Below, piece by piece: positions 1-6,941 of a stretch of 28,241 bases of DNA. Made by a program: the position numbers and the translations under genes. Where the stretch lies: contig JAYZBQ010000080.1 in NCBI GenBank assembly GCA_036338695.1, positions 1 through 28,241 on the forward strand, given 5' to 3'. This DNA is from Myxococcota bacterium. GTDB lineage: Bacteria > Myxococcota > UBA4151. Under the pieces are notes generated by a model. That model saw only the letters and a list, made by a program, of their open reading frames with translations, ran no database searches and was not told the origin of the DNA. How positions within the stretch are numbered: the stretch's first letter is position 1; each line of letters starts with the position of its first letter.

Positions 1-163
1 AACGCTAGCTACCGCGACTACTACCCCGCCGGTTCGAGTCGTTGTGGTTGGGGTTATTCGCTCCCCGAGGACCTCGGCTGCCGCACCCTCGGGGGGGGCG
101 GCCAAAAAATTGGGGTTGGGGGCTCACCCAATGGGGTGACCTCACCGCCCTCGCTGCGCAATC

Positions 164-227
164 TGACAGTCACTTTGACAGTAACTCAGACCTTGCCTGG
201 TTCTAGAAAAAAGCTAAAACAGTCACT
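164..227. repeat. Short direct repeats next to an att site, resembling integrase arm-type sites
   Basis: TGACAGTCACT (164-174), TGACAGTAACT (176-186) and ACAGTCACT (219-227) lie in an AT-richer stretch just left of the tRNA fragment. Confidence 0.5.
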
Positions 228-238
228 TAATACGATAT

Positions 239-261
239 TTCGAGTCCCTGCTGGGCAGCCA
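239..261 (+). mobile_element. tRNA 3' fragment (probably tRNA-Gln, possibly Asn), putative attR of an integrative element lying to the left
   Basis: TTCGAGT CCCTG CTGGGCA G CCA reads as T-loop, 3' T-stem, acceptor 3' strand ending in A72, discriminator G and CCA. The 5' part of the tRNA is missing (preceded by TACGATAT). U1-A72 with G73 is typical of tRNA-Gln and tRNA-Asn. Confidence 0.7.
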
Positions 262-265
262 AACC

Positions 266-298
266 AAAGCCTCGCCGCAGGGCGAGGCTTTTTCGTTT
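266..298 (+). terminator. Intrinsic terminator of the tRNA, possibly bidirectional
   Basis: Perfect stem AAAGCCTCGCC-GCAG-GGCGAGGCTTT followed by TTCGTTT. Confidence 0.8.
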
Positions 299-393
299 GA
301 GTGTGCGCGAGACGGTTCGGTCACGATCCCGAGTGGACTTGCGGGCGCATGGTGACGTTCGTCCCCGAGGGAGCCGGTCAAGCCGTCACGGAG

Positions 394-1980
394 CTAGCGG
401 TTGACCAGATAGAATCCAAACCTAAAGTTACCATTTGGTCGCCAGATCAATCCTCGCTGGCTCCAGTCGATCGGTCCATTGCCCATGTCGTTGACGTCGC
501 CTTTCCAGAAATAGGGTTGATTTGGGACGCCGAAATCAAGGCACAGGTTGTTCCGTCCGCGGTTCCAATGACAGCCGACCCAGTAACGACCGACCGGTAG
601 CTGCACCGGGTTGACGAGCTCCGCCTCGGTCGCCCCGGCAGGAAATGCAGCCAGCTGACTGTACGCCAAGGTTTGACCCAGAACCCCTTCTCGCGCCTCG
701 GCGACGATGTAGCACTTGGCTTGATTGTTGGCGCCGCCTGTCCACACCCCGATGTGCGTGACCGTCGCCGGTGCGTTGAGCGTGACACCCGTCAGATGGA
801 CCGAGAAATCAGCTGACCCGTTGCAGCTGTTCGGACGCTCACTGTTCCCGATGGTGACCGGCTCGTTTTGCTCGGCTTCGCAGACGCCCGCGACGCACTG
901 CTCACCTTGCGCGCAGGCCTGACCACATCCGCCGCAGTTGTTACGGTCTACGTGGGTGTCGACGCAGAGCTGTCCACAAGGGGTCGCCGCTCCACATTCC
1001 AGCGCGCAGCCCCCGTTGATGCATTGCTGATCTCCAGGACACACGGTGTCGCAGCCGCCGCAGTGCGCCGGATCGTTCGCCGTATTGACGCACAGACCGC
1101 CGCAGTTGGTGCTGCTGCCACCGCAGACCAGCCCGCACTGTCCCTCGGCGCAGACCTCGCCTTCGGCGCAGACCTGTCCGCAGCCGCCGCAGTTCGACGC
1201 ATCGGTCGCCGTTTGCACACATGAGCCGCCGCAATCGGTCGAGCCGCCAACACACTCTAGAGCGCATTCACCTGCTTGGCAGACCATCCCCTCAGCGCAG
1301 GTGTTCCCGCAGGCGCCGCAGTGGCTCACATCGTTGCCGGTGTTGACGCACTCACCGCCGCAGTCGCTGGTGCCACCGACGCACTCGAGCGCACACTGAC
1401 CGCCTTGGCAGACCTCTTCAGCCCCACAGACGACGCCGCAGCCGCCGCAGTGGAGCTCGTCGTTGCTGGTGTTGACGCAGGCGCCGCCGCAATTCGTGCT
1501 CCCCCCCACGCAGGTCAAAGCGCATTGACCCTCCTGGCACACCTCGCCGTCAGCGCATGCGGTGTCGCAGCCGCCACAATGGCTTGGGTCGTTGTTGAGC
1601 GTCACGCACGCACCCCCGCAGTTCGTGCTCCCACCCACGCAGTTCAGGGTGCACTGACCCGCCTGACACGATTCGCCATCGGCGCAGGTGTTGTCGCAGG
1701 CGCCGCAATGACTCGGGTCATTGTCGAGGCGGATGCACTGATCTTCGCACAGGCTGGTTCCGCCGAGGCAGGGGATCGAGCACGCTCCCTCCAGGCAGAG
1801 CTCACCGTCCGCACAGGTCACGCCACAAGCGCCGCAGTGCGCCGCGTCGTTGCTGGTATCAACGCAAGCACCCCCGCACTCGGTTGCGTTGGGGCAGGGA
1901 TCGGCGGCGACTGGATCGACTGGGTTACACCCTGAGGCGAGCGATAGCGCCATGAGGGCGATGGTGGCGAACGAGCGCAT
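394..1980 (-). CDS. Cys-rich repeat lipoprotein (8 Stig1/MXAN_6577-like repeats) with a C-terminal beta-rich domain, 528 aa
   Basis: ATG 1980 with GGAGG upstream; lipoprotein signal MRSFATIALMALSLASG-C; eight ~43-aa units of type CxGGSTxCGGxCVxTxNDxxHCGxCxxxCxxGExCxxGxC; ~160-aa non-repeat C-terminus. Confidence 0.85.
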   Translation of the reverse strand: MRSFATIALMALSLASGCNPVDPVAADPCPNATECGGACVDTSNDAAHCGACGVTCADGELCLEGACSIPCLGGTSLCEDQCIRLDNDPSHCGACDNTCADGESCQAGQCTLNCVGGSTNCGGACVTLNNDPSHCGGCDTACADGEVCQEGQCALTCVGGSTNCGGACVNTSNDELHCGGCGVVCGAEEVCQGGQCALECVGGTSDCGGECVNTGNDVSHCGACGNTCAEGMVCQAGECALECVGGSTDCGGSCVQTATDASNCGGCGQVCAEGEVCAEGQCGLVCGGSSTNCGGLCVNTANDPAHCGGCDTVCPGDQQCINGGCALECGAATPCGQLCVDTHVDRNNCGGCGQACAQGEQCVAGVCEAEQNEPVTIGNSERPNSCNGSADFSVHLTGVTLNAPATVTHIGVWTGGANNQAKCYIVAEAREGVLGQTLAYSQLAAFPAGATEAELVNPVQLPVGRYWVGCHWNRGRNNLCLDFGVPNQPYFWKGDVNDMGNGPIDWSQRGLIWRPNGNFRFGFYLVNR

Positions 1981-2099
1981 GTGGGATCCTCCGGAACAGG
2001 GCGGGAAACGTACTGAGGAGTGATCCATGGCGTCAACACCGCCACCGCGTTTGGGGAGGTGACCTCTCGGGCTCAGCGAGTCCAAGCTGACCGTCCGCT

Positions 2100-2137
2100 C
2101 CAAATGCCTCGCCGCAGGGCGGGAGATTTTCGTTTGA
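2100..2137 (+). repeat. Degenerate second copy of the tRNA terminator region (264-300)
   Basis: GCCTCGCCGCAGGGCGggagaTTTTCGTTTGA (2106-2137) matches GCCTCGCCGCAGGGCGaggctTTTTCGTTTGA (269-300) at 28/32 positions; both are preceded by CCAAA. Confidence 0.75.
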
Positions 2138-2232
2138 CGGGGTTTTGAGCGCCCTCCGGTGCGTGAGTTTTGTTGCGAACTGTAAAGACCCCAAGCGGTG
2201 TTGTTGGGGTTGGTGTACTGCTTTGCGAGAGA

Positions 2233-3120
2233 ATGGGGATGGCGTTGAAGAGCTCAGCTTGGGTGATCGGTCTGGTGACCTGGGCGCTGCTAACCGCGTG
2301 CCACGGAGAGGGTGACGAAACCACCGCCCGGGATACCGGTTCTGCGGTCGACGGAGGCGCCGCCACCGACGCAGGGGTTGAGCGCGTCCGTATCCTGTCG
2401 GCATTTATGGGGCTGGACAGCCGTATCCCTGGCTTCCTTTTCGGATGTGGATTGTCCGGTCTGCAAGATGGCATGCCGATCGTGCTTGATCGGCGAATCC
2501 CCCTGCCCGCATTGCTCGACCCTTCTGTGTTTGCCGTGCGCCGCGCCTCTGGAGCGCAGAGCCCGGTTGGCTGCGCCACGCTCGCGCCTGCGAACGAGGC
2601 GGAAGAGCGAAGGACGATCCTCCTCGTTGGGGAGTTTGCCAGCGAGGAGGATCCTCCGGTTGGCGTCGAGATCGTGGGCACCCTGTTGACCGACGAGGGT
2701 GTCGATGCGCAGGGGGCCTTGACCGAAACGGTGGTGCCGCTCGCTGCGGGGCCCTCCATCGTCTTGGCGGAGCACTACCTCATCTCTGAGCTCCCGACGG
2801 GGGGCACCGATGAATGCCCTGCCGATACGGATCACATCATCAAAACCACGTGGGAGGGGGGCGTTTCAGGTCCTGGGGGAGCAGACCTCGACGAGTCGCA
2901 TCGCCTCGGGACCACGGTGGAGTATGCAAACGGCGAAGTTCGGGTTGCGACGCGCCTTGCGGACGCCTTCGACAACGACAATCACGTGGAGTTGTGTATG
3001 CGTGCGCCAGGCGAACCCGTCGCCATCACCGCCGCTGCCGGTCTGTATGAAGACCCGAACGGTGACCCCAACGAGTTGCATACTCAGGTCGTCATCGACG
3101 CCCAAAAATTGACGCTATAG
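2233..3120 (+). CDS. Hypothetical lipoprotein
   Basis: ATG at 2233 or 2239; hydrophobic leader with LLTA-C lipobox; acidic linker; globular region with LSAFMGLD, DGMPIV, CATLAPA and TWEGGV motifs. Confidence 0.75.
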   Translation: MGMALKSSAWVIGLVTWALLTACHGEGDETTARDTGSAVDGGAATDAGVERVRILSAFMGLDSRIPGFLFGCGLSGLQDGMPIVLDRRIPLPALLDPSVFAVRRASGAQSPVGCATLAPANEAEERRTILLVGEFASEEDPPVGVEIVGTLLTDEGVDAQGALTETVVPLAAGPSIVLAEHYLISELPTGGTDECPADTDHIIKTTWEGGVSGPGGADLDESHRLGTTVEYANGEVRVATRLADAFDNDNHVELCMRAPGEPVAITAAAGLYEDPNGDPNELHTQVVIDAQKLTL

Positions 3121-3305
3121 AGCGCTTTGAGCGAAGAAAAATGCTGCGTGGCTGACAATCTGAAAAGAGACGATGTCAGGCTGCGCTGACTACCCGCTCG
3201 GAGGGGACTCATCACGCCCCGACCGACCGAGTTCATCGCCTTCTTCTGTTTTTTCACCTCAGGCTGATGCCCCGCCAAAGCGCCTGATCCGAGCGGTAAG
3301 CTGTC

Positions 3306-3334
3306 TCGACAAATTCTCGCCTTGAGGCCATTTT
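3306..3334 (+). promoter_or_regulatory. Putative promoter TCGACA-N17-CATTTT (shared motif, copy 1)
   Basis: The same hexamer, spacing and CAnnnT pattern occur at 9227-9255 and 15276-15304, each upstream of a DUF4215 paralog. Confidence 0.5.
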
Positions 3335-3356
3335 GCCGCCTCGGTGGAGGCGAGTG

Positions 3357-5024
3357 ATGCAGCTTATTCGGCGTCTGGGTGCCCTTGCGGTTGCGGTCTG
3401 CGTGGCCTGCGGTGAGCAGACGGTCGCTCCCGAGACCGCGGCGCGCTGCGGCAACGGCGACATCGAGGCGGGTGAGGCCTGTGATGACGGCAACGCGGAA
3501 GAAGGCGATGGATGCACCAACCGCTGCGCGGTCGCGATCTGCGGTGATGGCATCGTGCGCGCAGACCTTGCTGCGGGCGATGAGGGCTATGAAGCCTGTG
3601 ATGACGGCAACGCAGAAGCCGGCGATGGATGCACGAACAGTTGCGCCGTCGCGACCTGCGGTGATGGTATCCTGCGCACGGATCTCGCCGAAGGCGTGAT
3701 GGGCTCTGAGGCCTGCGACGACGGCAACCGAAGCAACACCGATGACTGCACCAACGGCTGCGCGCTCGCTCGCTGCGGCGATGGGATTTTGAGAACCTCG
3801 GGCGAGGCGATCGAGGCCTGTGATGACGGCAACGCGGTCCAGACCGATGGGTGTTTGAACGACTGCCGCGCTGCGCGCTGCGGGGACGGACACATTCGAG
3901 ACGGCGAGGAGACCTGCGACGACGGCAACGACGAAGACGGCGACGGCTGCGACACCACCTGCGAGGTCCCGGCGCGCACGCTCGGGCTCGGGGGCGAGGT
4001 CTCGTGCGTCGTGCGCGCCGGAGTTCCGCACTGCATGGGGCCTAATTTTTACGGTCAGGTCGGCGATGGGACGACGACCTCGAGGCGGACGCCGACGGCG
4101 GCGCTCGAGCTGGATGAGGTGACCCAAATTGCGACCGGGCATCGTCACGTCTGCGCGCTCCGGCGTGACCGCTCGGTCTGGTGTTGGGGTTACAACGAGG
4201 AGGGGCAGGTCGGCGACGGGACGACGGATCCACGGGATCGTCCGGTGCGCGTGGCGGCTTTGTCGAATGTGGTCGGGCTCTCCGCTCAGAGCCATGGAAC
4301 CTGCGCACGCTTGGTGGATGGCTCCGTCTGGTGTTGGGGCTCGAATGAGCGAGGGGGGCTTGGTGACGGCACCACGGTTCACCGCTCCAGCCCGGTTCGG
4401 GTCAACGGGCTCGATGATGTCATCGAGCTTGAGACGGGGCTCGGTTATGGCTGCGTCCGAAACCAAGCCGGCGAGACGTGGTGCTGGGGGCGTAATCAGT
4501 ACGGCAACTTGGGCGATGGAAGCACCACCGACCGAGCCGAACCTGTGCGTGTTCAGACCGAGGTTGCGTTCGTTGATGTCGCCGCGGGACAGCTCGCCGC
4601 TTGTGGTGTGACCGCGGCGCGAACCGTTTGGTGTTGGGGGCGCAATTTTGCGGGGATGCTGGGCGATGGCTCGCGCCGTAACCGCAGCGTCCCGGTGCTG
4701 ATGCGAGGGATTGACGACGCCCTCGAGGTGGCGGTGCCTGGGCATTACAAGACCTGCGTTTTGCGCGCCGACCGCACGGTCTGGTGCCTGGGCTTGAACC
4801 GAAGCGGGCAGCTGGGCGACGGGACGACGACCGACCGGTCCTCACCGACGCGTGTGCGCGGCTTGCTGAACGTGATCCGTCTCGGGCGCGGCGCGACCGG
4901 ATACCACATGATGGCGACCACCATGGATCAAGGGACCTTTTCGTGGGGGCAGGGGGCCACCGGGCTTTTGGGTCATGGCGACACGGCGGATTCCACCGCC
5001 CCCCGACGAATCGAGGGTTTCTAG
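3357..5024 (+). CDS. DUF4215 (myxo_disulf_rpt) repeat lipoprotein with C-terminal RCC1/BLIP-II-like beta-propeller
   Basis: GGAGG at 3346-3350, ATG 3357; lipobox CVA-C; 5 CDDGN repeats; then repeated VWCWGxNxxGQLGDGT blades. Confidence 0.9.
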   Translation: MQLIRRLGALAVAVCVACGEQTVAPETAARCGNGDIEAGEACDDGNAEEGDGCTNRCAVAICGDGIVRADLAAGDEGYEACDDGNAEAGDGCTNSCAVATCGDGILRTDLAEGVMGSEACDDGNRSNTDDCTNGCALARCGDGILRTSGEAIEACDDGNAVQTDGCLNDCRAARCGDGHIRDGEETCDDGNDEDGDGCDTTCEVPARTLGLGGEVSCVVRAGVPHCMGPNFYGQVGDGTTTSRRTPTAALELDEVTQIATGHRHVCALRRDRSVWCWGYNEEGQVGDGTTDPRDRPVRVAALSNVVGLSAQSHGTCARLVDGSVWCWGSNERGGLGDGTTVHRSSPVRVNGLDDVIELETGLGYGCVRNQAGETWCWGRNQYGNLGDGSTTDRAEPVRVQTEVAFVDVAAGQLAACGVTAARTVWCWGRNFAGMLGDGSRRNRSVPVLMRGIDDALEVAVPGHYKTCVLRADRTVWCLGLNRSGQLGDGTTTDRSSPTRVRGLLNVIRLGRGATGYHMMATTMDQGTFSWGQGATGLLGHGDTADSTAPRRIEGF

Positions 5025-5139
5025 AAGTCCGCGCGAGGCCCTCAGCGATGTCTATCGCCCTTGTGCGGCTGATAAGCGACGCTGGCCGAGCGAGGTATGC
5101 GCCTTTGGGTAAGCGCCGCTCGGGTGCACGAGAGCGCTA

Positions 5140-5391
5140 GTTTTGTGGGCGATTTTTGGTCGAAAAATAAGTGACGATTGGTTGTTTTGGTCGCTTATAA
5201 CTAAATAATTTTACAAATAATCGCTTTTTTCGCCCATTAATGGTTGCGATGAACGAAAAATCGACTTAAGCAGATGTGCGATTTGGTCGATTTACGTGTT
5301 GCCGGAGGTCGTTTAGTGCGCCCCAAGGTCACTCGGACGATCGTCCTTAGTGCAGTGGATAGAGAAACGCTAAACAGCTAGGAGGCACGCA
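5140..5391 (+). promoter_or_regulatory. AT-rich promoter/leader of the rhodopsin gene with RBS
   Basis: Visibly AT-rich against its flanks; TTTGGTCG at 5155, 5186 and 5282; AGGAGG at 5380-5385. Confidence 0.55.
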
Positions 5392-6096
5392 ATGCTCGAT
5401 CCGTCAGATTTTGTAGGTGTATCGTTTTGGATCATCTCCGCAGCGATGGTTGCTGCGACTTACTTTTTCACCGTGGAGCGGGACCGAGCCGTCGGGAAAT
5501 GGAAGACGTCGTTGTCCGTCGCCGCCATGGTGACAGGCATCGCTGCCATCCACTACTTTTACATGCGGGGGGTCTGGGTCGAGACCGGCAAGTCGCCTGT
5601 CGTCTTGCGCTATGTGGACTGGCTCCTGACGGTGCCGCTCCAAATTGTTGAGTTCTATCTGATCCTGGCAGCGATCACTACGGTGCGCGCCGCCCTCTTC
5701 TGGAAGCTGCTCGTTGCGTCGCTCGTGATGTTGATCTTTGGATTCGTGGGCGAGGTAGGCACCATGGCGTACTGGCCTGCGTTCATCATCGGCATGGCTG
5801 GCTGGTTGTATATTCTCTACGAAATCTTCGCTGGCGAGGCGAGTAAGATCAATGCAGCCAACGGCACGGCAGCGAGTAAGGCAGCGTTCAACGCGCTGAA
5901 GTGGATCGTCTCTGTTGGTTGGGCCATTTACCCGATCGGCTATGTGCTTGGCGCAGGCGAGGGCGGCGATGCGTCGATGAACCTGATCTACAACCTCGCT
6001 GACTTCGTCAACAAGATCGCCTTTGGTGCGGTCATCTGGGCTGCGGCGACCTCATCACACGATGCCGGCGCCTCGGCAGCTGAGGATGCTGACTAG
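5392..6096 (+). CDS. Proteorhodopsin (light-driven proton pump, DTE motif, Gln at the spectral-tuning position, blue type)
   Basis: Hydrophobic helices throughout; RYVDWLLTVPLQIVEF (D97/T101/Q105/E108 equivalents); IHYFYMR (H75); GWAIYP; retinal Lys in NLADFVNK; strong RBS. Confidence 0.96.
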   Translation: MLDPSDFVGVSFWIISAAMVAATYFFTVERDRAVGKWKTSLSVAAMVTGIAAIHYFYMRGVWVETGKSPVVLRYVDWLLTVPLQIVEFYLILAAITTVRAALFWKLLVASLVMLIFGFVGEVGTMAYWPAFIIGMAGWLYILYEIFAGEASKINAANGTAASKAAFNALKWIVSVGWAIYPIGYVLGAGEGGDASMNLIYNLADFVNKIAFGAVIWAAATSSHDAGASAAEDAD

Positions 6097-6121
6097 CATC
6101 ACCTGATGTGATCACAACGGT

Positions 6122-6149
6122 CGGCGGGGTGCTTTGGGGTGCCCCGCCG
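6122..6149 (+). other. GC-rich stem-loop downstream of the rhodopsin gene
   Basis: CGGCGGGG...CCCCGCCG inverted repeat without a U-tract. Confidence 0.55.
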
Positions 6150-6212
6150 GCTTGGTGATGGGTTGGGCGAGTTCGTCGCCGCTCGCTCGCTCACCACGTA
6201 GTACGAAGCTCA

Positions 6213-6240
6213 AGGCGCCCGCATAGGGTGCCTCTTTTGT
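6213..6240 (+). terminator. Probable intrinsic terminator of the rhodopsin transcript
   Basis: AGGCGCCC-GCATA-GGGTGCCT followed by CTTTTGT. Confidence 0.55.
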
Positions 6241-6383
6241 CATAGAAAGCCGTCATGCTCGGATTTATGTTTTCGCCTCACTCGCGGCCTACCGAACAAC
6301 CACCAACGGATGAGCGCGCCGGGTAGGGCTTTCCATCCCAAGGGCGATGCATCAAGCTAAGGCTCGGTTTGGTGTGAGGCATC

Positions 6384-6935
6384 ATGAAGCTGGCGCTGCT
6401 GCCGATGATGGCTATGGCACACTGCGGGTTCGGGACACCTTTGGCGGTTTTTGCGGCGCAGAGAGGCGACGCCGTCGTGGCGCGGGTTGAGCCGCCTGGG
6501 CGCGCCTATTACCGGACCTGCACCGGAGGTCCGCTGGCGCTTGCGGCGAGGCGAGCGGGGTCGGTTCAGCCAGCCTTTACCCTGAGCGCCCAAGACTATG
6601 TCACGCCCAATCAAGGGTATTATCTGGACGACACTTTTGTGTACCCGGGCGGCGATGAGGGCTGCGATGTCCTTGAGTGCGTGCCGCTGCCGGGGACGCT
6701 CGAAGCAAAACTGACGGCTTATTACCTAGAGCCCGAGCGGGCGCCGCCTGCCGATTTTGTCTCGGTGGCGAGGAAGCGGCACTGGACGGGGACGACGGCG
6801 CCGGCGCGCGTCAAGGTGATCCGCTCAGCGCCTGTGACCGGTGAGCTCGAGGTCACGGTGTCGTACTTTTCGAGCGCGCGCTGCAAGGGCGAGCGCCGAG
6901 TCGCCCGCACGCAGCTGAGCGTGCCTGCGCGTTAG
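6384..6935 (+). CDS. Hypothetical exported protein, 183 aa
   Basis: GAGG before the ATG; hydrophobic N-terminus (possible MAH-C lipobox); converges on the protease gene with a 6-bp gap. Confidence 0.6.
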   Translation: MKLALLPMMAMAHCGFGTPLAVFAAQRGDAVVARVEPPGRAYYRTCTGGPLALAARRAGSVQPAFTLSAQDYVTPNQGYYLDDTFVYPGGDEGCDVLECVPLPGTLEAKLTAYYLEPERAPPADFVSVARKRHWTGTTAPARVKVIRSAPVTGELEVTVSYFSSARCKGERRVARTQLSVPAR

Positions 6936-6941
6936 CTTAGC

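Noticed and set aside
31..40. GGTTCGAGTC, resembling a tRNA T-loop
   Set aside because: The flanks do not form a T-stem, and no acceptor stem or CCA follows.
239..261. Complete tRNA gene
   Set aside because: Only the 3' 23 nt are present; there is no D arm or anticodon arm upstream.
1..300. Open frame +1 from the window edge to TGA 298-300, starting NASYRDYYPAGSSRCGWGY and faintly like an FGE C-terminus
   Set aside because: It runs through the att site and terminator, has no visible start or convincing motif, and is probably chance.
3084..4745. Long antisense ORFs (also 10324-11454, 20394-21497, 25951-27390 and others)
   Set aside because: Shadow frames of GC-rich genes, opposite CDS with clear motifs.
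5190..5220. CarH/LitR operator upstream of the rhodopsin gene
   Set aside because: Only one TnnACA-like site is present, with no 11-bp tandem array.
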